From contig CBFCZV010000002.1 of assembly GCA_965602855.1 (NCBI GenBank), positions 25,659-89,658 of the forward strand: 64,000 nt of DNA. The letters are read 5' to 3'. How positions within the stretch are numbered: the stretch's first letter is position 1; each line of letters starts with the position of its first letter. This DNA is from an uncultured Gammaproteobacteria bacterium (lineage in GTDB: Bacteria; Pseudomonadota; Gammaproteobacteria; SZUA-229). The notes beneath the pieces are model-generated. The model was not told where the DNA came from. It did not search any database and saw nothing but the letters and a program-made list of their open reading frames with translations. Both the position numbers and the translations under genes were made by a program. This document shows positions 1-10,521 of the stretch, piece by piece.

Positions 1-540
1 GCTTCTGCAATTTTACGTGCTTCGATGTTGGCTTCTTTGGCGCAGGGTGAGGTCACCAGGTAGCCTTCCATATAACAGTATTCAGATGAGGCGATGTGCT
101 CTTTGTGCAATTCAGCCACAGACAACTCTGAAGATATACCGAGGAAGGAATGCATGGTACGTTCCGCATCGGGTGTTACCATAACCAGACACTTGCCAGT
201 GATGCCATCGGGGTGTGTGCCGTTCATATTGGTATCAACACCGGCATCTTTTAAATCGTTGAGATAAAACTGGCCGAGGTCATCATCGGCTACTTTACAG
301 GTGTAATACGATGAACCACCCATGGCAGCCACAGCAATCAAAGTGTTTGCAGCAGAACCACCGCTGGCCTTGTTGCCTTCAAAAGCATCGAGATGTGACA
401 TAAGACGATGTTGTTCTTCCTCATCAACCAGTGTCATGACGCCTTTATCAACTTTCATGAGTTCAAGAAAGTTGTCCTCAACCTCAAATTCCATATCGAC
501 CAGTGCGTTGCCCAAACCGTAAACATCGTATCTTTTCATG
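1..540 (-). CDS. PfkB-family carbohydrate/adenosine kinase (3' end outside window)
   Basis: Minus-strand translation from ATG at 538-540 gives MKRYDVYGLGNALVDMEFEV...GSAANT, a ribokinase/PfkB N-terminal signature; reading frame stays open to the window edge. Confidence 0.6.
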
Positions 541-584
541 TGTGTATTCCGAATAAATTATTTGTGGTGAATTGTAGAGCTTAA

Positions 585-1727
585 TTATAGTTTTGTCAGT
601 GCTTCAATTAGCTGATCAATTTGTTGTTTTGTGTGTGCCGCCGACAACGTCACTCTCAATCGTGCTGTTCCTTTTGGCACTGTTGGTGGCCGTATAGCAG
701 TTACCAGCAAACCTTTTTCAAGTAGCTGCTCACTCATCGATACCACTTGCTCTTCATCACCGATGATAATGGGCTGGATTGCAGTCTGGCTTTCGCTCAA
801 TTTTATATCGCTGTGTTTTGCGCAGTTTCTAAAATAATTTATATTACTATTTAATTGCTCACGCAATTCTGGCTGTGTTTGTATCAGCTTTAAACTGGCA
901 CGTGTAGCTTCGGCAACCGCTGGTGGTGTGGCTGTGGTGTAGATGTAAGGTCGCGCTTTTTGTATCAGGGTTTCAATTAGCGCTTCACTGCCAGCGATGA
1001 ACGCACCGGAAGTACCAAGTGCTTTTCCGAGCGTCGCCATATAAATAGGCACTTCTTTTTGTGAAAGCTGAAAATGTTCGAGACTGCCTTTGCCGTGTTC
1101 GCCGAGCACGCCAAAACCGTGAGCGTCGTCCACCATCAACCACGCTTCATGTTTTTTGCACGAGCGTGCAATATTTGGAATGTTGGCGATGTCGCCATCC
1201 ATGCTGAACACGCCATCGGTGAGTACCAATGTTTCACCTTTCGCGTTTGCCAATTTTTGTTCGAGTTGCGCAACATTGTTGTGTGCGTAACGCTGGAAAC
1301 GTGCGCCACTCAATAAACCGCCATCAATCAGTGAGGCGTGGTTGAGACGATCTCCCAGCACGGTATCTCCTTTGCCGATTAATGCCTGTGCCAGACCAAG
1401 GTTGGCCATGTAACCGGTAGAAAATAATAAGGCACGTGGATAGCCAGTGAATTCAGCGAGCTCTTCTTCGAGTGCGTGGTGCGCTTTTGCATGGCCGTTG
1501 ACCAGATGAGCCGCACCGCTGCCAGCGCCGTAAGTTTTTATACCCTCGATAAAAGCCTGTTTAACGGCTTCGTGATTGGCGAGGCCGAGATAATCATTGC
1601 TGCAAAAATTGGTGACCGATTTTCCATCGATCACCATTTCAGGTTGTTGTGCGCCCTCGCTAATTCGACGGCTGCGATAAAGATGCTGCGCCTTGCGTTC
1701 GTCGAGTTCCTTTTGCAGATCTTTCAA
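585..1727 (-). CDS. bioF: 8-amino-7-oxononanoate synthase
   Basis: 380 aa PLP-dependent aminotransferase class II; adjacent to bioB. Confidence 0.9.
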   Translation of the reverse strand: MKDLQKELDERKAQHLYRSRRISEGAQQPEMVIDGKSVTNFCSNDYLGLANHEAVKQAFIEGIKTYGAGSGAAHLVNGHAKAHHALEEELAEFTGYPRALLFSTGYMANLGLAQALIGKGDTVLGDRLNHASLIDGGLLSGARFQRYAHNNVAQLEQKLANAKGETLVLTDGVFSMDGDIANIPNIARSCKKHEAWLMVDDAHGFGVLGEHGKGSLEHFQLSQKEVPIYMATLGKALGTSGAFIAGSEALIETLIQKARPYIYTTATPPAVAEATRASLKLIQTQPELREQLNSNINYFRNCAKHSDIKLSESQTAIQPIIIGDEEQVVSMSEQLLEKGLLVTAIRPPTVPKGTARLRVTLSAAHTKQQIDQLIEALTKL

Positions 1728-1745
1728 AACTTGAATGCGTGACTG

Positions 1746-2726
1746 CTAAACAGTCACGGGTGCATCGCTAGCAACTTCAGTTTTTAGAAACTCAATGCCG
1801 AGTTTTTTGAATAATTGCTGATCGTGATTCTCGTCGGGGTTGTCGGTGGTCAGTAATTTTTCACCGTAGAACATCGAATTGGCACCGGCAAAAAAGCACA
1901 GTGCCTGAGTTTCATCATTCATTTCAGCACGACCCGCAGACAGGCGCACGTAAGATTCGGGCATCATGATGCGAGCCACCGCCACGGTGCGGACAAATTC
2001 CAGTGGTTCGAGTTTTTCCGTGCCTTCCAGCGGTGTGCCTTCGATGGCGACCAGCATATTGATCGGTACACTGTCGGGGTGCTTGGGCAAATTGGCCAGT
2101 TGCTGTAATAAAGAAGCGCGATCATTGCGCGACTCGCCCATGCCCAGAATGCCGCCGCTACAGGTATTGATGCCTGCATCACGTACGCGCTCCAGCGTAT
2201 CGAGGCGATCCTGATAAGTGCGTGTAGTGATGACGTCGCCGTAGAACTCGGGCGAGGTATCCAGATTGTGGTTGTAATAATCCAGCCCTGCGTCTTTTAG
2301 CTGCTCGGTCTGTTTATCGCTGAGCATGCCCAGAGTGACACAGGTTTCCATGCCCAGTGATTTAACGCCCGAAATCATGTCGATAACACGATCCAGATTG
2401 GTGTCAGTCGGGTTGCGCCAGGCCGCGCCCATGCAGAAACGCGTCGCGCCGTTGTCCTTGGCTTCCTGCGCTTTTTCCAGCACCTCGTTCAGCGGCAGCA
2501 GGCGTTCGCGTTCAATTTTTGCCTTGTTACGAGCGCTTTGTGAACAGTAAGAACAATCCTCAGGGCAGGCACCAGTTTTGATACTGAGCAGGGTGCTGAC
2601 CTGAACGTGGTTAGGGTCAAAGTTCTTGCGATGCAGGCTATGCGCCTGAAACAGCAGGTCATTGAAGGGTAAATCGAATAATGCGGTAATTTCCTGCATC
2701 GTCCAGTCGTGTCGTAAGTTACTCAT
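1746..2726 (-). CDS. bioB: biotin synthase (radical SAM)
   Basis: 326 aa; [11 protein letters not shown] radical-SAM cysteine motif; C-terminal [12 protein letters not shown] region. Confidence 0.95.
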   Translation of the reverse strand: MSNLRHDWTMQEITALFDLPFNDLLFQAHSLHRKNFDPNHVQVSTLLSIKTGACPEDCSYCSQSARNKAKIERERLLPLNEVLEKAQEAKDNGATRFCMGAAWRNPTDTNLDRVIDMISGVKSLGMETCVTLGMLSDKQTEQLKDAGLDYYNHNLDTSPEFYGDVITTRTYQDRLDTLERVRDAGINTCSGGILGMGESRNDRASLLQQLANLPKHPDSVPINMLVAIEGTPLEGTEKLEPLEFVRTVAVARIMMPESYVRLSAGRAEMNDETQALCFFAGANSMFYGEKLLTTDNPDENHDQQLFKKLGIEFLKTEVASDAPVTV

Positions 2727-2826
2727 GTGTTTATCTGCTATCTATAATAGGTGTAATATCAAGGGCGCTATTATGCCACGACAGGGAGTCTTCGATAAAA
2801 CAGATATTCAGGGATATTTAAACGGA

Positions 2827-3381
2827 TTATTGAATATAACGACCATTAAAAGAAATATTGGACTCTTCAGTGCATGGTGCAGAAGCGATTGTTATTTTTT
2901 TGCTTAGTAGTAAATTGGTATCGCATTTCCATGTGAAGCCACCAGGGTCATCGTACAGACGCACGATTTTATTGGCTCCATACTTTTCTGTTAGAAAGGC
3001 ATAGATTTCACCGTTATCTATTTTTATGCTTTGTATGTATTTGCCATCAGCCGCCTTTTCAGAGTTCAGGCCCAGATCGGTCATGTCTTCTGGCCAGGTA
3101 TCGTGTTTTCTCTCATATTGAAGGACAGAATTCCTGATTCGTGATAAAGGTCTCTCTAATCGTGTTATTAGATGATGGCGTTCCCGTTGTGCGCGAAGGT
3201 CATTTGATTCTTTCCGTTTTGCTAACCTGAGTTGTTGTACTCGTTCATTATATTGTTGCTGTACTTTTGCTGCTTCATTTTGTTGAGTCTGTTTTTCAAC
3301 GGTTGTTTTTGCGGTGAATTGCATGAAGCCTAAAATGATGAGTAATACGAAGACGACTTTAGCTGATGTTGATCTGAACAT
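2827..3381 (-). CDS. hypothetical secreted protein
   Basis: 184 aa; N-terminal hydrophobic signal segment followed by a Q/R-rich coiled region; no family recognised. Confidence 0.45.
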   Translation of the reverse strand: MFRSTSAKVVFVLLIILGFMQFTAKTTVEKQTQQNEAAKVQQQYNERVQQLRLAKRKESNDLRAQRERHHLITRLERPLSRIRNSVLQYERKHDTWPEDMTDLGLNSEKAADGKYIQSIKIDNGEIYAFLTEKYGANKIVRLYDDPGGFTWKCDTNLLLSKKITIASAPCTEESNISFNGRYIQ

Positions 3382-3486
3382 GCGACATCCCTTTATTGTT
3401 TGTGGTTATACTGTAGTTTAGTTATAAGCGGGCAGTTTGACAAGAAATGTATGTGGTTGGTGTTAGCTAGATAAGGATTTAAGAAA

Positions 3487-4230
3487 ATGGATATTGAAAG
3501 GTTATTAAAATCAGTCATTCATTCAGGCGTGAAATTATTGTATCCACCCCGATGCCTGATGTGCGGAAGCGAAGGTCGCGATGGCATGGATTTGTGTGAG
3601 CATTGCTACCAGCTTCTACCCTTCAATCAAACCGCCTGTATTGCCTGTGCATTGCCGCTGCCGCCTAATACCTCCGAAGGTGCTGTCTGTGGTCGTTGCC
3701 AGAAAAAACCTCCTTATTACGATGAAGCCTTTAGCGTGTTCAGTTACCAGCAACCGGTAGTCTGGCTGATTCAGCAACTCAAATTTAACGAAAAGCTGGC
3801 ACAGGCACGTTTGTTGGGTGAGTTGCTGGCGGTTTCAGGCGGCATTGAAAGAATCGAGGTTGATGAGAATGTCTGTATCCTGCCCGTACCTCTGTTCAAA
3901 AAAAGATTAGGCCAGCGCGGCTTCAATCAGTCAATCGAACTGGTCAGGGCGCTATCTAAAAAAACCGGCTGGCCGATGGAGTTGCAGCGAATTCAGCGAG
4001 TGCGCGAGACTAGTGCACAGACTGGACTGGATGCCAAAGCGCGCAGAAAAAATATTCGTGGTGCGTTTGCAGTGGTTGAACCGTTGCTGCAGAAGCATGT
4101 GGTGATTGTTGATGATGTTGTTACCACAGGTTCGACGGTGAATGAATTAGCACGGGTATTAAAAAAAACAGGTGTTAAGAAAATAACCGTGCTGAGTCTG
4201 GCGCGTGCGCCTTTGGGTAAAAAATTATAA
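3487..4230 (+). CDS. ComF-family protein (phosphoribosyltransferase domain, GntX/ComFC-like)
   Basis: N-terminal Cys4 zinc-finger-like CLMCG...CEHC...CIAC; C-terminal PRTase motif VVIVDDVVTTGST. Confidence 0.8.
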   Translation: MDIERLLKSVIHSGVKLLYPPRCLMCGSEGRDGMDLCEHCYQLLPFNQTACIACALPLPPNTSEGAVCGRCQKKPPYYDEAFSVFSYQQPVVWLIQQLKFNEKLAQARLLGELLAVSGGIERIEVDENVCILPVPLFKKRLGQRGFNQSIELVRALSKKTGWPMELQRIQRVRETSAQTGLDAKARRKNIRGAFAVVEPLLQKHVVIVDDVVTTGSTVNELARVLKKTGVKKITVLSLARAPLGKKL

Positions 4231-4341
4231 TGTCGGGAAAGTTGTAAGTTGGACTTTATGTCTCAACCAAATCTTCTTACTGGCATGTAAAAGACAAGGC
4301 TTTACCCTTATTGGTTACGGTAACTCTGCAATTCGTTAGCG

Positions 4342-5058
4342 TTATATTCTCTCAAGAAATTTCTGCCCTAATCTTTTTATGCCTTCTGCAATCGCGCCAT
4401 TGGTTGTTTTAAACTGAACAATACCACTTTCAGGCAAAATGGCTTTACTTTCTGCTTCTGCGGTAACAGATTCATTTGATAAAATAATATTATCTTTTAT
4501 ATCGATTAGAGAATATTCAATCTTGGCAAAAACCCTAATAGTTTGGGTTTCCAGGAAAAAATAGGGGATGCCCAGTCCTAAAACTGTTGGCACCGTCCAA
4601 CCATTATGATATCGGTACACATTCGAGAATGAGTTAAGAATCAATACATAATTGGCTCGCTGCCGGGCGCCCATCAAACGAAGAGTAGATAAATTAGGTA
4701 ATGATGAGACAGCAATGATTTCCACGTCAGTGATATTAGAAGTCTTTTCTAAAATTTCTTCTTTAAAGTTGTCGAAAAAATGGGTATCTACCCCTGTTAA
4801 ATTATTGATGATTAATAGTTTTCCATTCTCTGGAATAAGTGCCTTTTTTGTAAGGGTGACGGGAGAAGTTCCAGTGACTTGTCCAGCAAGTAGTTCTTCT
4901 AGTTTTTTTTCAAATTCTGGATCACTCTTTTTTTCCCTGTCTGAAGGAAAAAGCGTAGACGTAATGGTTTGTTTCTCTGGAAAAAATTTTGGTTCTAAAG
5001 CGCCGCAGGCTGAAAGTGTCATTATCAGTATGGGGATTGTTGTGTTAATGCATTTCAT
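4342..5058 (-). CDS. hypothetical lipoprotein
   Basis: 238 aa; signal peptide with lipobox LSAC; AT-rich gene. Confidence 0.5.
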   Translation of the reverse strand: MKCINTTIPILIMTLSACGALEPKFFPEKQTITSTLFPSDREKKSDPEFEKKLEELLAGQVTGTSPVTLTKKALIPENGKLLIINNLTGVDTHFFDNFKEEILEKTSNITDVEIIAVSSLPNLSTLRLMGARQRANYVLILNSFSNVYRYHNGWTVPTVLGLGIPYFFLETQTIRVFAKIEYSLIDIKDNIILSNESVTAEAESKAILPESGIVQFKTTNGAIAEGIKRLGQKFLERI

Positions 5059-5131
5059 AATGAGCTCCTTAATATTCTAAACTTCTACGCTATTTTGGAT
5101 AGTTAATGCGCTAATAATAATGCTTTTATAT

Positions 5132-5905
5132 TTATTGATCCAATCGTCCCATCCAGTCAGCTACCCATCTAATCAACTCATCTTCTTTGCCTTCAAAAAA
5201 ATGATCGGCATTTTTTATGGCTAGCTGGCTGTAGCGTTGGTTGCCGGCTTCTTTTCCTGCTGCCATGCGTTTGTCGTTGTTGTCGAGTACGCTTTTCAGG
5301 TCGTCGCTGCCGTAGATGTCGAGTACGGGGGTGGTGATTTTTTTCAGGCTTTCGGTGTTCATCATGCGGGTATCAGCAAAGAGATCGGGCATACCTATGC
5401 CGACAAATCCCATTACATCTGTTTTGTTTTTTGACAGGTGGTAGGTGCCCATGGTGCTGCCCTGACTGTGGCCAATTAAAATAATTTTTTTATACTCTTC
5501 TTCTTTTAAGTAATTAATAGCGGCGTTGATGCGAGGGCTGACTTCTTCGTAGAGTGGGGCGTACTCGGTGTATTCTGCACCGTTATGCAGAACGGGCATT
5601 TGAATTGATAGTGTGTGCCAGCCATGTTCGGTGAGGCCGATGCGCAGGGGCCTGATGACCTGTTCCATGTCGGGGTGGATGCCGGTGCCGTGCATGATGA
5701 TGGCGGCGCGTTGCTGGTCTTCGGTGGCTTCAGTGAAGATGCTGAGGAATTCATTTTTGCCCTCGTCGAGCATGACTATTTCACCGTCCATTAAATTGTC
5801 TTCAATGGCTTCGGCCCAGCGTTTTTCTTTAGTGAGGTCAGAGGCGTTCACGTTTAGTGTGAAGCTGAATGCGATGAGGGTAATGATGGTTGAGATGGAT
5901 TTCAT
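5132..5905 (-). CDS. alpha/beta hydrolase, secreted
   Basis: 257 aa; signal peptide; GHSQG nucleophile elbow (GxSxG). Confidence 0.7.
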   Translation of the reverse strand: MKSISTIITLIAFSFTLNVNASDLTKEKRWAEAIEDNLMDGEIVMLDEGKNEFLSIFTEATEDQQRAAIIMHGTGIHPDMEQVIRPLRIGLTEHGWHTLSIQMPVLHNGAEYTEYAPLYEEVSPRINAAINYLKEEEYKKIILIGHSQGSTMGTYHLSKNKTDVMGFVGIGMPDLFADTRMMNTESLKKITTPVLDIYGSDDLKSVLDNNDKRMAAGKEAGNQRYSQLAIKNADHFFEGKEDELIRWVADWMGRLDQ

Positions 5906-7827
5906 GAAGTTGTGCCTGCTATTTGATATTCGAGGAAAACGCCGGCAAATAAAACCAGCCCAAACCAGTTGTTGTTTAAAAATGCTTTAAAACATTGCGC
6001 AGGATCTCTGTGGCGAATTAAGTGCTGTTGCCAGATAGCGAATCCTGTGGCTAGTAGTACGCCAGTGTAGTAAAAAATACCGAGTCCTGCGTTTAGGCCG
6101 ATCATGATCAGGCAGAGTATGAGTGTACCCTGAATGATGCCGATGATGAGTTTATCTGCATCTTCGAAAAGAATAGCCGTGGATTTTACGCCGATTTTTA
6201 AATCATCTTCACGATCGACCATAGCGTACATGGTGTCATAAGCCGTTGCCCATAAAACGGTGGCGATAAATAACAACCAGGCGACCGGGTTGAGTTCATT
6301 GCTCTGTGCGGCGTAAGCCATGGGTACGGCCCAGCCGAAAGCTGCACCCAGATGCACTTGTGGTAAATAGTGGTGGCGCTTCATGAATGGGTAGCTGGCA
6401 GCGAGTATGAGTCCAACTACGGATAATACTATAGTGAGCGGGTTCATCAGTAGCACCAGACCAAAGGCAGCGAGACAAAGTACAGCAAATACGATTAGCG
6501 CTTCTTTCTCGGAGATTTTGCCCGAGGTCAGCGGGCGGTCTTTGGTGCGAGCGACCTTGCAGTCGATGTCTCTGTCGGCGTAATCGTTGATGGCGCAACC
6601 TGCTGAGCGCATCAGGAAAACTCCGGCGACAAAAACCAGCAATACATCGGTGTCGGGCCAGCCACCAGCGGCAATCCATAAGGCCATGAGTGTTGGCCAG
6701 AGCAGTAATAATATTCCAATGGGTTTGTCTAATCGAATGAGCAGCGCGTACTGTTTAGGTTTGTTAACTAGCTGTGATTTTTTTACTCGTTTGTTAACCT
6801 TGTGCAGGCTTAATTTTTGTTTAAAATAAAATATCTTTACCCGCAATGCGAGTTGCTTCCTGATACCACTTATGAATTTATTAGTGCCGGATAAGGCGTT
6901 TTTGATGACGGCTTTAATTCCGGTAAATATTGCTCTGAAGCCTTCATAGATGGATTGAAGCGCTATCTTGATGAAAGTGAAAAAGGCTTTTGCCGTGCTT
7001 ATAAGGCCAGCAAATATTGCCTTGATGCCTTCATAGATAGATTGAAGTACTACCTTGATGAAAGTGAAAAAGGCTCTGGCAGCAGCTTTAATTTCGGCAA
7101 CTAGTACTATTAAGCCTTTATAAATAGATCGAAGTACTGTCTTGATGAATGCGTAAAAAATTTTCGAAGCGGCTTTAATTCTGGCGACTAGTGTTTTAAT
7201 GCCTCTGCTGAGTGCGCGGAGAGCTGCCTTAATGAGTTCGTAAAAAGACTTAGCTACTGTTTTTATTTCAGCAAGTAGTGCATTAATGCCTTTGCCAAGT
7301 ACGTGGAGAACTGTCTTGATGAACTGGTAAATGGCTTTCGCAGCCGATTTTATTCCAGCCAGTATTGCCTTAATGCCTCTGCCGAGTACGCGGAGAGCTG
7401 TTCTGATGAGAGCATAAAAGACTTTTGTGGCGGCACTAACTTTGGCGAATATCGCTCTTGCTATTAAGAATAATAAGAAGAGACCAAACCTGATTAGGGC
7501 AAAAATAACTCTGGTCGTTAATATAATGCCGGCAGTCAGGGAGTAGAGCGCGGCTTTGCTAAAGGCAAAAAAGGCCTTAATACCGGCTTTAATTTTGCCG
7601 GGCAGTGGCTTCAGACTTAAGAGCAGTATGAAGAGAGTCATCTCGCCGATGGCAAAAATAACTTTGATGATTAATATAATTCCGTTGGTCAGTCGGGGTG
7701 GAATTATTGTTGTGAACAGCAGGGAGAGATTCAGCCAGACAAGGTCAAAAAGAACATTGGCGATTAATGTGGTGCCACTAATCAGCCGCTTTATAGCCTG
7801 TAAAAATTTGCTGAAAAAAGAAGTCAT
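5902..7827 (-). CDS. ubiA: 4-hydroxybenzoate polyprenyltransferase (UbiA) fused to a repeat-rich N-terminal extension
   Basis: The C-terminal ~290 aa aligns over its full length with E. coli UbiA ([18 protein letters not shown]...NDYADRxxD...YDTxYAMVDRxDD). The N-terminal ~350 aa is membrane-like plus six 29-aa basic amphipathic repeats. No canonical internal start codon lies between the repeat domain and the UbiA domain. Confidence 0.75.
   Translation of the reverse strand: MTSFFSKFLQAIKRLISGTTLIANVLFDLVWLNLSLLFTTIIPPRLTNGIILIIKVIFAIGEMTLFILLLSLKPLPGKIKAGIKAFFAFSKAALYSLTAGIILTTRVIFALIRFGLFLLFLIARAIFAKVSAATKVFYALIRTALRVLGRGIKAILAGIKSAAKAIYQFIKTVLHVLGKGINALLAEIKTVAKSFYELIKAALRALSRGIKTLVARIKAASKIFYAFIKTVLRSIYKGLIVLVAEIKAAARAFFTFIKVVLQSIYEGIKAIFAGLISTAKAFFTFIKIALQSIYEGFRAIFTGIKAVIKNALSGTNKFISGIRKQLALRVKIFYFKQKLSLHKVNKRVKKSQLVNKPKQYALLIRLDKPIGILLLLWPTLMALWIAAGGWPDTDVLLVFVAGVFLMRSAGCAINDYADRDIDCKVARTKDRPLTSGKISEKEALIVFAVLCLAAFGLVLLMNPLTIVLSVVGLILAASYPFMKRHHYLPQVHLGAAFGWAVPMAYAAQSNELNPVAWLLFIATVLWATAYDTMYAMVDREDDLKIGVKSTAILFEDADKLIIGIIQGTLILCLIMIGLNAGLGIFYYTGVLLATGFAIWQQHLIRHRDPAQCFKAFLNNNWFGLVLFAGVFLEYQIAGTTS
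6880..7460 (-). repeat. in-frame 87-bp tandem repeat array (at least 6 copies) inside the 5' half of ubiA
   Basis: A CTTGATGAA-type anchor recurs at 6967, 7054, 7141, 7228, 7315 and 7402 with an exact 87-nt period; it encodes xAKxFYxFIKTVLRxLxxGIKxLxAxIK units. Confidence 0.85.
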
Positions 7828-7958
7828 TTCTTTGTGTAAACCTGATATTGAGGTTTGGTTCGGCTTTTAATTACAGTTTTCGATGACATAGGGTGCTAAT
7901 GATACCTGAGCGACGGGCGGACGTGTACGTGAACAGGAATTTGTAATATTGTAGTGCT

Positions 7959-8486
7959 ATGACTATACGAAAATTTGAGAATTATACACCGGAGATCGCT
8001 GAAACCGCCTATGTTGATGAGGCTGCGGTGGTGACTGGTGATGTGAAAATGGGGGCAGATAGCTCGATTTGGCCAATGTGCTCGGTGCGTGGCGATATTA
8101 ATTCGATCGGCATTGGTGAGCGCACCAATATTCAGGATGGCTGTGTTCTGCACGTCACGCATGACAGTGAATATGCGCCAGGTGGGGCAGCGCTGGATGT
8201 GGGGGATGATGTGACGGTGGGGCACAATGTGGTTTTGCATGCCTGTACGGTTGAAAATGAATGTCTGATCGGCATGGGTGCTGTGGTGCTGGATGGTGTC
8301 GTTGTTCAGGCCGGTGCCATGGTGGGTGCAGGTAGTCTGGTGCCACCGGGTAAGGTGCTGGAAGGCGGCTATCTCTGGTTGGGTTCGCCCGTCAAACGAG
8401 CACGTGAGCTTAGTGAGAAAGAAAAAGCCTTCTTTAAATATTCTGCGCAGCATTATGTGGCGCTTAAAGAGAGGCATAAGTTATAA
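7959..8486 (+). CDS. gamma-class carbonic anhydrase family / hexapeptide-repeat protein (YrdA/PaaY-like)
   Basis: 175 aa left-handed beta-helix hexapeptide repeats with conserved His residues typical of gamma-carbonic-anhydrase-like proteins. Confidence 0.8.
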   Translation: MTIRKFENYTPEIAETAYVDEAAVVTGDVKMGADSSIWPMCSVRGDINSIGIGERTNIQDGCVLHVTHDSEYAPGGAALDVGDDVTVGHNVVLHACTVENECLIGMGAVVLDGVVVQAGAMVGAGSLVPPGKVLEGGYLWLGSPVKRARELSEKEKAFFKYSAQHYVALKERHKL

Positions 8487-8601
8487 ACGGAGCTTTTTTT
8501 ATATTTTTCAGATAAACCGTACTTTTTTTAAAGTCAATTTGTACTAGACTGGCTAAATTGTTTACATGGATGTTGTTAGCATCATGTGAGAATGAGTCTA
8601 A

Positions 8602-10515
8602 GTGATTGAAGAGCAACATAAAAAATCGAATGTAGTAAATTTGAATCAAAGCCTCAAAGATAGAGAGGTAGAGATAGATCTTTTACAGAAAACCTTTGCT
8701 GAGATCGGTGGTGAGCTCGATCTTGATAAGGTTTTTCAGATCGTTTCTGAGCGTGCTCGCTCTTTAGTGCGTGCAGAAACAATATTGATCCCCCTTCTTG
8801 ATGATAACTGTGAAACCTACACCTATCGTGGTGGTTCGGGTGAAAATACGGATGAAATCGTTGGTGAGTCGCTGCCACTGGAATTTGGTATTTGCGGCTG
8901 GGTCTGGAAGCACAAACGCCCCTGGTGGCGAGGTATGCTTGATGAGCTGGATGATGATGAAAGAAACCGTTGGGAAGAAGAAGCAGGCACGATGATTCTG
9001 GTGCCCTTGCAGGGACGGCGGCATTTTCTGGGTGGCATTGCTGGTATCAATAAAGTCGGTGGTGGTGAATTTACCCGCAGGGATTTAAATTTATTGCAGA
9101 TGTTTGCCAGTATCGTATCGATTGCCATCGAAAATGCCATGTCTGTGGACAGCATGGAGAAAGCCAGAAAGGTTAACGATGATTATCGGATGCGTCTGGA
9201 AGTTCTCAACAAGCAGTTGCTAGAGAGCACCAAGGAACTGGAGTACCTGTCGTTGTACGATACGGTAACCGGCCTGCCCAATCGCTCGTTATTTCATGAT
9301 CGCCTATCACGCAATATTTCTCAGGCAATCTTATCAGACGAACATATTGGTCTCCTGATAGTTGATCTTGATCGATTTAAGGAAATCAATGAGGCATTGG
9401 GCCATGAGCGGGGAGATTTACTGCTGAAGAAAATTGCACAGCGTTTTGAGCGGAATATGAAGTCCAGTGAAACACTGGCACGTTTAGGTGGTGATGAATT
9501 TATTATTGTGATGCCGGATTGCAATGAAGAAAAATCGATGCAGAGGGCAAAAGAATTTATAGCGATGTTTGATGAGGAGTTTAATATCGTCAATATGAAA
9601 ATACCCGTCAGCGCCAGTTTTGGCTTGTCCATATTTCCGACCCAGGGTGATGATGCTGGTAGTTTGTTGAGTCATGCGGATTCGGCTATGTATGAGGCAA
9701 AGACCAACTCTGTAAAACTATGCATGTATGACCCTGAGCGTGATTATATGACTAGAGGTCGTCTGGTGATGGAAGCTGGCATACGTCGTGCGCTGGAAGA
9801 AAAACAATTTGAGCTATATTACCAGCCAAAGATTTCTATTAAGGATGGTAAGTTAACTTCAGCAGAAGCATTGGGTCGTTGGGTAACAGAAGAACGGGGT
9901 GTTGTTTTACCTGATAGCTTTATAAAAGTGCTTGAGCAAAATGGTCTGCTTGATGATTATACTTATTGGGCTATTGAAACTGCGTTAAAGCAGGCAAAAG
10001 CCTGGGCTAGTGAGTATTCGTTACGTGTCGCAGTAAATTTGTCACCGCATACTTTGATAGATCCTAATTTTATAAAAAAAATGGATGAAATTATTGGTGA
10101 TAAAGAAAGTGGTAAACATCTCATTTTTGAAATTACTGAGAACCTGTTTTTGTCAGAATATAAATTATTGAGTGAAGTGCTTGAATATGTATGTAAGTTA
10201 GGTGTTCATTTATCTATTGATGATTATGGTACCGGCTATTCATCATTAAGTCGCTTAATCAAGCTACCGGTTAATGAGTTAAAGATTGATAAATCATTTG
10301 TTAAAAATGTGAATACTAATAAAGATGATGAGATAGTGGTGCGATCCACGATCGAGCTGGCTCACAATCTTGGTTTAACGGTAGTGGCTGAAGGCATAGA
10401 AGATGAAGAAGTTATGTGCTTCCTGAAAAAATACAATTGTGATATTGCTCAGGGTTTTTTGATCAGCAAGCCGCTACCGCTTGATGAGTTTGACAAGTTT
10501 TTAAAGGAATATTGA
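8602..10515 (+). CDS. GAF-GGDEF-EAL c-di-GMP signalling protein
   Basis: 637 aa; N-terminal GAF-like region; GGDEF active-site motif RLGGDEFIIV; EAL motif EALGRW with downstream DDYGTGYSS; GTG start. Confidence 0.85.
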   Translation: MIEEQHKKSNVVNLNQSLKDREVEIDLLQKTFAEIGGELDLDKVFQIVSERARSLVRAETILIPLLDDNCETYTYRGGSGENTDEIVGESLPLEFGICGWVWKHKRPWWRGMLDELDDDERNRWEEEAGTMILVPLQGRRHFLGGIAGINKVGGGEFTRRDLNLLQMFASIVSIAIENAMSVDSMEKARKVNDDYRMRLEVLNKQLLESTKELEYLSLYDTVTGLPNRSLFHDRLSRNISQAILSDEHIGLLIVDLDRFKEINEALGHERGDLLLKKIAQRFERNMKSSETLARLGGDEFIIVMPDCNEEKSMQRAKEFIAMFDEEFNIVNMKIPVSASFGLSIFPTQGDDAGSLLSHADSAMYEAKTNSVKLCMYDPERDYMTRGRLVMEAGIRRALEEKQFELYYQPKISIKDGKLTSAEALGRWVTEERGVVLPDSFIKVLEQNGLLDDYTYWAIETALKQAKAWASEYSLRVAVNLSPHTLIDPNFIKKMDEIIGDKESGKHLIFEITENLFLSEYKLLSEVLEYVCKLGVHLSIDDYGTGYSSLSRLIKLPVNELKIDKSFVKNVNTNKDDEIVVRSTIELAHNLGLTVVAEGIEDEEVMCFLKKYNCDIAQGFLISKPLPLDEFDKFLKEY

Positions 10516-10521
10516 GTTTTA

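Noticed and set aside
322-522. 66-aa plus-strand ORF at the window start
   Set aside because: It is antisense to the PfkB kinase reading frame that runs open to the window edge on the minus strand. Ser-rich composition and no SD.
2727-2826. Possible BirA operator upstream of bioB
   Set aside because: I could not find a convincing long palindrome resembling the E. coli bioO site, and regulation may use a different factor.
6296-6679. 127-aa Arg-rich ORF
   Set aside because: It is embedded in an alternative frame of the UbiA domain on the same strand; it has biased composition and is not a gene.
7896-8477. 193-aa minus-strand ORF
   Set aside because: It lies entirely antisense to the well-supported gamma-carbonic-anhydrase-family gene (7959-8486, plus strand) and has a His/Thr/Pro-rich low-complexity translation; it is a shadow ORF.
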